Shown: positions 1-13,300 of the stretch, in pieces
Layout of the letters: every line of letters starts with the position of its first letter
Numbering within the stretch: the first letter of the stretch is position 1
NCBI GenBank assembly: GCA_002633005.1
Contig: NMRA01000333.1
Coordinates: 186,001-250,000 of the forward strand
Direction of reading: 5' to 3'
Origin: Phoronis australis
Taxonomy: Eukaryota > Animalia > Phoronida
Length of the DNA stretch: 64,000 nucleotides
The notes under the pieces: generated by a model
Seen by the model: only the letters and a program-made list of their open reading frames with translations
Database searches by the model: none
What the model was told of the DNA's origin: nothing
Program-made: the position numbers and the translations under genes

Positions 1-1367
1 TAGTTTTCTCCCTTGTAATGTTCGATTGTGTATCCATTCAAGGTCAACTGTACTATTGACAAGTTGGTTACGGAAAACTTCCTTTCAACAGAATAATTAC
101 AAAAAGATCCAGTAGGGTTTGTTGTAAAAGGATTTGACAGTATATTATCTAATTAATAAAGATTGGAAAAACTGATAACAAAATCAATAAAGTGACTAAA
201 TTGTAAAAAATAACAAAAACTGGCAAAATTGTTAAATACTAAGGTTGAATGAACGAAACATTTGATGCTTTTATTATAAGAATCTTTAATTCTAATATGA
301 ATTCTAAAGAATTTGGAAAAAATTGAGTACTATTGATTAGGCAAAAGCAAAACAACATTCAATTAGAAACACTGAGTAGAAAAATTAATGTTAGTGCCAA
401 GAAAATTTACTTATATGTTAGGCAACACTGGTGCTGCAGAAAAAGACTATGGACGACAAGAAATACAGAAATTTGATGGAAAATCTTACAGCATATCTGC
501 AAAATGATATGTTTTTGTGATAATTTCAAAGCACAAGTTGGGAAAGCAAGTTTTTGAAAAAAAAATAGATACCCACTAATAAGTTTACTTTGAAATGTAT
601 TCTGGTTTGAGTTAACGTAAAATCAAGAACAAGCTGATTTTGTGGCATCAAAGTTAAAGGACATGATTGTGTGTTTATTGGGAAATCACTGTTTGGATAG
701 CTTTGGAACAAAATGAATTAAATACAATAAAATCTTAACAGGAAAATTTGTGAGTGTCAACCGTGTTAAAGATAATTGCAATGTTTGAAAAAGCGTCAAA
801 CCTTCACAATAACAGCTAAGCTACAAACTGAGAGGTCAGTTAAGAAGTTTGACGGGAAATTTTCTGCTAAGAGTAGGAGCGAATAGAAGTTTCTAAGCGA
901 GAGAAAATTGCGGGTGACTACTGCATCAGCTATATAACTTTGCTCACATTTTGTTATAAAATCTGGCCGCGGGTCAAAATAAAAATCTGAAACAAACCAT
1001 GGCAACAAATACAACCAATGACAAAGAAATCAATATTAACAGAAAGTAAATGTAAACACTTCCAAAAATACCATGACAAATTATGTGTAAGTTCAGAAAC
1101 AACTTAATAGGAATCAGCAAAATTATTCTGGTCCAGCTGTTTATCACGACAACACTATTTTATAATTTTAAGTTCCTTTAGTAGCGTCACTCACCAACTG
1201 ACAGATTGCTCAATTGCTTTCGCAAGCAATTATAAACTAACAATACTTTATACAATTACTGAAATTCAATATGTAACTTGAAAAGCAAAAAATGAGATCT
1301 TTTTGTGACTAAAATTCTATCAAAATCAATTTTTTATCCTGTTGATACAAGTGTACCACACACTTAC

Positions 1368-4300
1368 CTCCTAAAAGGTCAAAGTTCATGGTATTCTGGA
1401 ACCGTGCATTAACTTTACCACTGTCCGTCTTTTTTGGGGCTCCGGCCCATGCTTTACCCATATCAATAGAAGCATCCCCCTGAAAAGGAAACATGTTAAA
1501 ATGTTCTTGGAATCTATTACACCAGATATCTAAGATAGCAAGGCTGCGACTAAACAAACTTTACTCAAGATTCGACTCGAACATTTGAAAGTTTGCTGAA
1601 AATTTCGTAAGCCACGCAGTAGCTCACTTTTGTAGAGCTTGGTGATTTTGAGCTCAGTACTCTCATTTGTGAGTAATTTGACAGAAAATACTATATTCTA
1701 GACCATGACAATTAGGTCTGCTTTCTCACAAAGCCTGTTTAGCAACACTGAGATGCAGGTTTAGCCAGATATTTGAGCAACAGCTGATTGCACAGAGCAC
1801 CAGAATGTCTTTAAACTTTACTAAAATTTTCACTTTTTTCGAACATCAAAAATATTTCAGCACAAAAGTAGTAATAAAACAAACTTTAATAGAGTGTAAA
1901 TTTGACAGCAGCCTCCTTTGAAAACACTTCTGAGAGAAATCCGTCTTGTTTCAGTGTTGTTATTTTTGTTGGAGGCTTGAGGGAAGCGAGACTCCAAACA
2001 TATGCCAGTAATTAAAGACACACCATTGCATTTGAATCAGCAGCGGTAACAATGCCATGATCCTTGTCTTTAGTATTTGCATGTCGCTGAACATTTCCAA
2101 ACTCATCCCTCCTCGCCACTCCAATTCCTTTACCCCAAGGGTCGTAGGAATCGCGGAGACCCTGGAAAATTTACACAAATCCGTTTCCAACGTGCCCAAT
2201 TTACAATGCAACTTCATTAAACATTACAATAAAACAAAAACGAGAAGACTGATAGCCAAAGTAACAACAACAATAGCAACAACAGCATAATTGTTTTATT
2301 CATACCAGTTCACTGTCTTGCTAATCAAGTCACTTAAATCAACCAATCAACAGAACACACCCACTTAAATGATCTTGCATGTTGCTTTACAAAAGTAGTG
2401 TTAAAAAGATTAACTTCAAGTAGACGTTTTACATGTACTACGTTGTTCGTTTAGTAATTTTCTGCAAAAGTAAATAATTTAGTAATGAGAAATATTTACA
2501 TTTATCAAGAGAAAGTCACAGCTGGTGGAAGGGGAAATTTAAGGAAGTTGTTATAAAAGTTAGAAAGTTACATAAGCAGGCCCGCCAAAAGCGTCTTGAT
2601 CTTGAAGTCTCACACAATGCTACTAAAATAATATCAAGGATTGAAATTCTTAAGTATTTATAGTAGACCCATAAAATTTTGTATTTTTAGAATCCTTCAT
2701 GTTCACAAAATCTTATTATGCGCACAAAAGCAATGTTCAGGTGCTAGTTATCACAGGATTGCACTTTTCAAAAAATTTTTTTTCATGAAGATCAGATTTT
2801 CCACAAACATACTTTTTTCACACAAAGATTGTAAGATTGTTTCTTTTATTAGCTAAAAACCATGTCTCCAGGGATTTTCTTTGAATGCCTTTGAGCTTGA
2901 GAGTTTTCCTGTCAAAAATCAAGACTTCAGTTTTTCAGATAATGTAAAATATGTGTTCATTTTGAAAGCAGAGCTGACGTGGGCTAAAATATATCTTTAA
3001 GGAAATCCCAGACCAACATGATTGAGTACCTAATATAATGAGAAACTGAATTTGCAGGTTTCATGTGAAAACATTCATGGCTGTGGCAATTATAGCAACC
3101 CCCCGTGAAAAATCAAAAATTAAAAAATGCAGTCACACGATCCCAAACATCAGGCATTAGTTCAGTACACATAAGATTCTGTGATCATGAGGGATTTTGA
3201 AAAATGTATGGTTTTATTGGTCAACTATTAATCCTCCAAAAGTCATTTGAAAATTTTGATCCTTGATAAAGCAGGTAGCCCAAAGTTACATAAGCTGGGA
3301 TTGCAAGCTTCAAACTCAAAGCTAATACATCTAGATTGCAGCGCTATCTTGCTTTATTAAAAAACTAAGTGTTCCAAAACACAAATCAATAGTTTTTAAG
3401 TTTTTGCGGTGATTCAAAAGTTGCTCAGCAAGAAACTTATGAAATTACTGAAGGTGTGAGTATTTGGAATCAGTAAATTTCCACAGTACAGGTAAAGCCT
3501 GGACCTGAATCACCAGTAAACTTTACTCAACACTTGACTCAAAAACTCCTCATTCATGTGGGACTCTTAACACAAACTTTGATTGGTCAGTTTTGAAGTA
3601 AGTATTGAGTCAAATCTGATGGTCTAAGGCCCCAGTATGCAGTGAAGTTTGACAGTCTCAGACTTCAGACTTTTAAAAGAATGGAAAAATAAAGTGAATT
3701 GTCTAAATAGAAGGCAGGCTATTTCAATTGATTATTATTAATGACTTGATCAACAGGAAATAGTTAATGTTAAGAACTAATACACTAATATAAAGCAGAC
3801 ATAAGCCAGTCAAGATGATCAACAGATTTCTAGATACAACACTCTTATTCACTCATATTCACGTCATACCAAGTGATTTGCTTTTGCAAGTGGTGCATGC
3901 TCTAAACCAAGCTACAGAGAAAGTAAATACTTGTCATGAGAATGAGCATTTAAAAAATATGCGTAATTTATCAAAAAATATAGTAAAAGAAAACAATGTT
4001 CTGTTTTAAAGCTTTCAATAACTGAACATTTACAAAAAAAATCTAAAATGAAAAAAATTAAAGACACTCAACTAACTGAAAATATCTAATGATCAAGATT
4101 TAAAAAATAAAAGTGCATTTCTCATCATTTTATAATCCAAAAATAGGAAATGAATGGGCACCATATTGATTGCTCAACAAATCAATGAAATGTGAAATGC
4201 GAATGCCAGATCAAACATTGACTTTAAAATGTAAACATTGATGAAAAAAGTTACCTCGTCACTGTGCGTCCTTCGACGTTTTTCTGAAAACATGAAGACC

Positions 4301-7300
4301 ACCATTTAGACTAACGGGTGCAGAAATTTTCAAACATTTCAGTAACCTATAAACATGTACAAGTCTTTCACCAATGCCACTTTAAAACAGTTCAGAAAAT
4401 AGAGTTTGTCGTTTCTTCATTATTTTTCAATACCAATTACTCATTGATTTGTCTATACAGTATGACTAATTGTAAAACTCATGTTGCAACATCACTTTTG
4501 CCCAAAGGACTCTGAGTCATACAAATGCTGATGTGATATTTCGCGGACTGTCAATCTAGAACGTCACCGAAGTTAACAGCCCAAGTTTACTTCACAATAA
4601 AAAGGTGGACTTAACAGACGTGGAGTGTCCATATTTTGATGCAATATGAATGATAAAGTTTGGTGCCATTGAACTAATTAGCAGGGGTCTGTCAATAAGG
4701 CACGCATAATATTTGCCGTCCCACCAGTCTACCAGAAAGACACAGCGACTTCATTTCATTTATTATCAGACATCCCATTTCTACTAACTCCGTAGTTTAC
4801 ATCGAAGTTGGTATGGAAACGTTTTAAGTCTCATACAATACTCAGTGCTCTGTACTATCAGCAGTTCTGTGCGTAACTATACAATTAAAGCCCCACGCAG
4901 CACTTTGAAAATCATTAATTGATATGTGGTGGAACACTTTGTTTTGGTTCTTATGGAGAGCCAGTGTTCCTAACAGTGGACCGGTTAAAGTTCATTGATT
5001 GCTTTGACAGTAAGAATTACCACCGTTAAGTTTGAAGTTTGCGATTTTGGCTTGAGCTAATTAGCACTGTGTGGGTATTAATCAATTAATTAATACACAT
5101 CTGTATAACATAACTAATGAAGTCACTCACAACAACTATCTGCCACTTCAAAAATTTTGAAATAATTAAACACGTCAACAAAATAAATGGTCACTTGGAA
5201 ACTGTTTAAGCAATGGACAAGACACACATTTGAAATGTGCTTTGTACACGGCATACACCCTATGTTGAGTTTCATTGTAAATATAGTCTAACTTTCACAG
5301 TATATACCACCAGAGTCTAGTTGACAAGTGCAACAACAACGACACACAAGCAATTCATGTTAAAGGTGTGCATATCAAAACCCAGGTGATGTACCTGCTC
5401 GTAACTCCATACGGCGGAGTTCATTTACATCCTCGGATAATGACACCGATTTGTAATGGTTTCCTGAGGATGCATGAAATGATTAGGTCACTATTTCCAT
5501 GGCATGTCAAAAACATACAGAGGATGTTGGAGATATGGCATTCAAAATACAAGATGTTGAAAATATGGCATCCAAAATACAACTACAAAGAATAAGTTGC
5601 CAAATCCTAATATTACCTGGGAAAAATCTAACAAAAAGCATGCATGAATGAGAAAATAAGCAGTACAAAAGCAAAATTAAAAAGGTAATCTGCTTTGAAA
5701 CAGAGTGTCACTTAACTTTTCACAATTTCAGCTAAATGCAAAATCTTCAGACTGCAGAAAACTTGCAGTTTTCAATCCTAATTCCGCACCAAAGAGTGCT
5801 TCAAAAACAATATTCCATCAAGTGTTTTATGCATGGTAAATATAAAGTTGTTTTTCAAACCTAACTCTCACCAAAAACAAGAAAATAACAGGAATTGTGA
5901 TATGACTTCACTATATGTTTACCTCTGTTTTGGTTAGGTGCTCCTGCTCCGGGTTTTCCAAATGGATCATATTTCAGCATGTCTACTTCCTGTTGCCGTT
6001 CCTTGATCCTGGCTTCCTCATTCATCAATGCATTGTCCTTGATTTGTTTATCTGAAAACAATTGCAAATAAAATCTAATTTCAATGAATGAATCTGATGT
6101 TTTGAAATTCTTTCAGTCAAAAACTGATTGGCAGGGATGTGGACGTGGGCTGACCATAATTTGAAGTATAATTAATCAGCTAAGCTACCAACAGACATTA
6201 AATAATAGGGTACTATAGACAGAAAAATATGACACCAGGTGTATGAAACTGCAGTGTAGCATGCATGCACCCGGGGGGGGGAGGCTCAGGGGGCTCAGAT
6301 GAGCCCCATTTTTTGCAAAGTGGCCAAAAAGGTCTGCCTCTGAGAAATAAAAGTCCATTAAAAAGGCAAGAACTACCAAAAATCAAGGAATGCACAATTC
6401 ACAGCTCTGAACGTAACCCCTGAATCTTAGTAAAAGGTCCACATTCTCAAAAATTCGTGCCCCCCCATTTTTTTAGAGAGGCTATGTCTTGCGCATTTAT
6501 TCATAAACAAAATACAACAAGACAGGTTTTCCTTTGAATAGATTGTAATGCTGCAACATAAATAACTGGGTATAATACCTTGTAGTAAGTTTCAATCCTT
6601 TGAACATTGAATGCACTTACCGTATATAGATTTCAAGTCATTGGCTGTCACTCCATCTGCGTGGTAACGAATTGGATCAATTGGCGGTCTGTTTTTATTG
6701 GGGGCGTTCTGACCGAACCTTATGGCAGCATCTCCCCGCACATTAGATATGAGTTTTCCTGAAGATGTAACCATCGGTGCTCCATGACCAGGTCGGCCAA
6801 ACTTGTCGTAGAAACCTTCACTTCGACTACTTGTCATGTCTCGTGGTGACAATTTTTCCTGACGAGCTAAATCTTCCTCAGTAAACAGTTTTCTTTTATT
6901 CATGTCCATACTCGGCTAGAAAATTTAAACCATTTACATTGTGCATTTAAAAAGAAGCAAAATCACTCTTTACTGTAAGGGCATGTTCAAGTACCACAAT
7001 AATGCTATATGGTAAAAAGTCTTTAGTTTGGGACAAAATATGGCAGACAAGTGAAACATTTCTCAACAAAAAGAACTTTTCAAAAAAATCACTTTGCTTT
7101 AGCAAGCTTTTTACAGCTATGACCACTTCTAGTAAAATTTGGTAAGCATTTGAACATTTGCAGTGATGTAGTAAGCCTCCAAAAAACAGAAAAATTACAA
7201 TTTCAAAAAATTTTTACAGTAACTGTGGCAAGAAGAAATCACAAACTTCAATTCGAGTTTGTGGACACAATAAACTTTTGCACTGAACCAATCACGCCAA

Positions 7301-10300
7301 TCCACAGTGCTCCCAAGTGTAATTAGAAATTCTCCATCAAAGTAAGAACCAATTACTACAGAGTCCCACCCCAACATAATGGTACTGTATGGGGCTTTAA
7401 CATCCTATGTATAGTGTGTATTAGTGAGAAGTGCCATAGAAGAAAGAAGTGGGCGTGGTCAGCATGATAATTATTATAATTTATTCAATTGATATTACTG
7501 GGTACTTACCAAAGGAGCTCCACCGCCCCCTTTTCCCCAGGGGTTGTAATTTTCTAGCATGGCTAAATCCTGAAAACCAAAGAACCACATTATATACGGT
7601 ATTTACTGAACAAAGCTTTTCTTCACTTGAACTTCTTGAGCTAATCCATAGTTTGATTGCAGACAAGCAGAAAAACTTTGAACTCTACACCTGTGGCATT
7701 CTTGGCATTACAACTTAAGTGTAAATTTCTACAGTATCTCACTAACAATTAAGAGTTGTTGTAACTTATTTTTTCCTGAAAAAAGCCGACTGCTGCATAC
7801 AATATCTGCTATATTTACACCAGGCCCATGCATTGAGAAAGTTCTTTTTGGTAACTTATGAATGGCATAGTCCTGTTAGAGATGGACAGGATGTAAGGGT
7901 TAATGCATGGTCTGATCTCTAGATGGAGCACTTACAGCCTTCTTTTCCATCTGTGTCTCCTTCATTTTCTTCATCTTCTCAAGTTTGTATTTACTAATGT
8001 CTTCTTCAGCCTCTTTACACATTTGTTGGTACTTTCTCAACTCAGCTGACCTGAAAGTCACATGACATAGACAGCCTATCAAATTTGTGTTCTGAAACTC
8101 CTGCACATTAAAATGACAGAGCGCTCTACAGTTTTAGATATCAGTGTCATCGTAATTGTTTACATTGATTTTCACTAGTCTCCCACAAACAGAGACATTG
8201 CAAGGCTGATGAATTTTCCACTTTTCTCTTTTTAAAAGATGCACAATCGATACATAGCATGCTGGACTTCATTCAAAATTTGAGAATATTTTTAAGTCAA
8301 TATATTTTTTAACAGTCACAAATTCAAAATTCAACTTTAATACCCCTTAATCATTGGTTTTCTGGGTACAAACACCTTTTGAACTTTGCTATTTTCAGCA
8401 CTATAAAATTTCTTAATTACTTGAAGGATTAGGAAATTGAGACTGTCACTTAAACTGTTCTCACGGTGTCAGTTGCATCCAAATATAACCTTGAGTACAA
8501 TACCTCAGCCATAGGCAGTGGCTATAGACATATACTTACGTTTTAGAGTTCAATGGGTTTGAGATTTTTCTTGGTTCTTGGTTACTCACAGGTACACCAT
8601 CGCTGTATTGCACACCGTAATGGTTTTCGTATATTTTGGGTTTTTCTAAAATAACAGGTACGTGTGGAAATGAAAACAAAACACAGACTGAAAATTTTTT
8701 GCAAAAGATAAATGTAATTTTCTTTCACATAATTTCTTTCTTCAACATTGGAAAACTGTAAGCACAACCCTGGATTGTCATTTGTAGTAAAATTTGATAT
8801 TCCATAATCCTATAAAAATGTTACAGTACAATTTCTTCAGTCTAAAACAAAATATGACAGAAACGTAGAATATTATTTAGTCAGTTTTACACAACATAAA
8901 TAAATGACAGAAAACAGGTTAATTTTGTTATGTTTTACGAACATTTGAGCATTTTTAGCAGAGCAAGAAGCCTTTGGAAAATGGAAAATAAGAGTTTTGG
9001 TAATTATGTTTTTGTAAAATAGAAAAAATTACCATAGACTGTGATTTTTGTAGTCACAAAAAGGCAATCTCCTCAGGAATGCATTTTCCTGTAACATCAG
9101 GTATACTTTCACAGCTTATGTTTCCTTTATCCTCAGTGCTTCAAAATTACAGTAAGGGATGTAACTTTTGCTCAAAATTAAGGAAAATTACTATCATTTC
9201 TAATTTAATTTACCCCTTGAAAAATGCTGCGTTTTTCCAAAGTTGGTTTGTTGTTCCAAGAATTCCTCTCTCCTGTGATCTCGCACCGGTTGTCGTGGGC
9301 TCATAAATTGGCCATGAGGGTAACCTTTGAACCCAAAAGACTTCTGGGCAAATTGATTGGCTGAAGGTTCGTATGAGCTGGCGTCTCTTGGAGTAACTAC
9401 ACATAATGATATAATATTGAGACATATCAAACAAACTGTTTCACCCTAATAGCTGTTTACTAAATATGGTTTTATTTTGCTCATAACTTCCACCATCACA
9501 ATTATAAGACATGAGCGTTTGAAACACACAAAAACATAAAATTGCACCAGTTATTTAAAGACGGTTATTTAAAGTTGGTTTAAAGACGATTTAAAAATAC
9601 ATTTAAAAGCCAGAGCTATAGATAAAAGCCAGAGGCAAAGAGGCTGAAACTTTACAATGCAATATCTTTTACCTGAGAATGCATTGTAATAGCAAACATT
9701 TAGCTTGAGTGTGATAGAAGCATTCAGAGAGAAGAGAGCTTTCAGTTTTAATTGAGACTAAAGCATTATAGACATCAAATGAAACATGGCAGATAAGATG
9801 GCGGACAACAAAAGAAAGCTTTTCACTAGTTTTAAAGAATGACCACATACTTCCTACTAGATGAGTCAATACACCATACCATAGTCAAAACAGATTTCAA
9901 CACAAAAGATTGGTGTAGTAGCCTTACAGACATGACTGATTTAACAATAGTTCCAAGTCTCCTACAGAAGGCTGTGATAAAAAGTTCAACTATAATTGAA
10001 GGGTAAAGGGTTTTGTGAGCTGTGAAACAGAACTTTTGTCGTGCATGACAAACGTGGAAATGGTGTTTCTCAAATTTGTGAACCATGATTTGAAGCTCAC
10101 TGCAAACATTTCCTAGCCTGTTGTTAGCTGATGTGAATTGTGAAACATATCATTTCTAATTAAATCAGTTTTTGGCCACAATAAGATCAAGAACCCGACG
10201 ATCGCCGCACAAATAAAAAAGTTCATGTTCAATTCAACGTTTCGTCTTTTCATTAGACATCATCATACTGTATGTTGGCACTTGTTGTCCTAAATTGTTG

Positions 10301-13300
10301 TAAATATGATCCTGATGATGGCACTTGTTGTCCTAAATTGTTGTAAATATGATCCTGATGATGTCTAATGAAATGACGAAACGTTGAATTGAACATGAAC
10401 TTTTTTATTTGTGTGGCGATCGTCCAGTTTTTGATATCATTTCTGCCTTGCACAAATTGTGGCCCATCCCCCTTCATGCAGTAAAAATTCAAGAATCTGG
10501 CTGATTGCAACTCAGCCGCTTATCAGATAAGACGAATGTATATCCCCATTATTAAAGCTGCACGCCACCTTGTTTAGCTATCTAAAAAACAAAAATCAAA
10601 TTAGCGCTTATACTCTAATAAAATCATGCAGTCTCATAATCTTCCTCACAATAGTTCTGCGATAGAATTCTATTTCCATCACCAAATCAAGTGACAACTC
10701 ACAGGCAGTGAGTACATGTGCCATTGCTTAATTTGCAATAATAGGGTTGGCCAACCCCAGCAAACTCTGAAGCATGTTAATTTTTCCAAGTAGTTTCCCC
10801 ATTAGCCTCAACAATTGTCAAGGCAACTAAAGGTCTCGCCCATGGGGGTTAACAAATATGTACTGTCTTGCCTGGTTGACATTATACAAACTAAGCTTTT
10901 AATTCACTTACTTAAAATTTTTGAGAGGTAAATTGAGTCATTAAATATTTGATTAGCAGGAAAAACAGCACACATATGTTGGATACTCAATGATCCTTTG
11001 CTAATTAGTTTAGGATTTTAATTCTGCATGGCGTCAGATCAGAAACTGATCAATGCCAGAAAAGAATAATTAAGCTCATGGACAAGGATTGATTTCTACA
11101 TTGTTAGGTAACTGAGATGGTTGAGAGGGTCCTCAAAACAAGCTTAAGCTCCTAATTTATTCCAAAAACAGGTTAAGTTACATTAAATGTTAATTATTAA
11201 CAGTAGTCATCTAATACACTCTACACCCAATCATTGATTTAGTAGCACCCTCATCCAGAGAACCTTGGTGCAAGATGTTCATGTGGTTTGTTTGACAAAG
11301 CGCCAGCATGGATTAACTGTAGGTAGACCAACGCCATGCTTAAATTGTCACCATAAATCCAATACATCGATTTTTGTGACTTGTTTATTTATAAGATTTT
11401 TGTCTTCTGGTGGTCTCCAATTTGCATGCGTTGCTTGACTAATTATTGATTATTCAACGCACAATTTGGCACAGTATTCATGCATTGTCCAATCCGTCTA
11501 TTGCATGTCTATTGACTTTTTGGTCTCACTCTTCTCAGGCAAGGAGGTCTGTGTTGCAAAATTGATTGACCAAGCTCAGTATGAATACCCCCACAATATC
11601 AAAAATATTAATTGTTATTCTTATAAGAATAAGTAGTTTTGCAAATGTATTTCTTTCCCCTAAAACCCCGAGTTAGAGTATATAATGCACGAATATAGCT
11701 AAGTAACAAATCATTCCTCGCTAAGGTTATTAACTTGGAATGATTTACTGAAGGAAATATAGCTACAAATTCTGCACACTAGAGGTGACAAAAAAGTTTC
11801 ACTGAAATGTTCAGTAGTCATTGGTGAAAAAATGGATGTGATTGAACAGACAATCCCAAAAATCGGCCAGTTGTGGGGCTGTTCCTGTGAATGACATTAT
11901 TTAAGGACTACACTGAGTAAAGTTTCTAAAAATAGCTATATTCAATACAGACTGGTACATTCGAGAAAAAGCAACTCTTTTCACATTCATTATCACTTGA
12001 GAATTCTGTCCATGTGTAACCAAACAGCTCTTGCACATGCAGATTTACATATCCACATACGCACTTCCTCGATTGGAAGTTCACAGTATATCTGATATGG
12101 TTCATAAAAATGACATGACTGCAGATGAAGACATTGGAATAAAGAAATGATAGGGAACAAGGATTAAGCCGACCAGCGAGAGTTCCATCCAACATGCAGC
12201 ATGAACTAAGCAGACATACGGACTACACAATAAGTGTTGTGGTTAGTAGGACAACATGAACTTGAGGAACATGGTGAATTTAAGCAAGGACCAGCTACTG
12301 CAGATAAGACTAGTAGAGAATGGTGCTAAAAGATGGGGCTAAATTTACCTAGAATTCCATCCAAGTTATGCATTCGGTGGTAGAACAGTTTCTTGTACTC
12401 TCTGTCCAATTCAGTAGGCTAGTAAAAGGATCACAAACTGTCACTATTCTGACCATACAGAGCACAATGCAAATAGCAACCACTAGCTAACAATGGTGTT
12501 TAGCTTGACCAAGGTAAACAAACAGTGTCAAAGGCTTTGTGGTTGTCCATAGACTGTGTAAATACACTTCAATTGATGTAAGAGTGGATGTGTTGAGTAT
12601 CACATTCACAAATGTGTTATTGTTGAGAACACATTGCTGCACAATAAATAACATCAGAATTATTCCTTTGTATGCAATATGGAATATCTTTTCACTTTCA
12701 CTTTTACTTTGAATGTAAAGGCTATAAAATGAATGGAATTGCCTTTGATTGATTTGTTAACATAGATCAAATTGAATTAGAATAGTCAGCATTTTATTTT
12801 ATTTTACATTATCAATATTATTAATATGCAATAAAATTTGATGACACTCTATAACAAGTATTTGTCATTTCAGAAAGTCTTTTTATTCAATTCACACATA
12901 TCTAAAACATTACTTCAGACAATAAATACCTGCCAAAATAATTTTATGAATTTGCAAAAGTTATGCAAAAATGTCAAAGTTTTAGCTTATTACATGAAGG
13001 AATTGATATTAGCAGTATAAAATAGTATTGTTTTCCATGAAAAATAAACCTGGCATATACAGTTGCACACCTACTACAATCTTTTACACACAACATTTGA
13101 GATAAAGGCAATGTACCATTGAAAACCCAACTGCTAAGGTCTCAATTTCTCATTAGATTGGTAAATAGTTGTATTTATTGTAGACAAACCCTTAACAAGA
13201 ACGTAGATTAAATGTCTATTCATTGCTAGAAACATTTAAAAGGAATTATAGGTTAGCCCCCTGGTGATCACCTATTTAAATTGCCCATTGCTAGAGTGTG

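Noticed and set aside
1-800. A-skewed stretch that looks like a decayed + strand ORF
   Set aside because: The + strand frames I translated have frequent stops and no recognisable motif; the skew fits a T-rich intron of the minus-strand gene.
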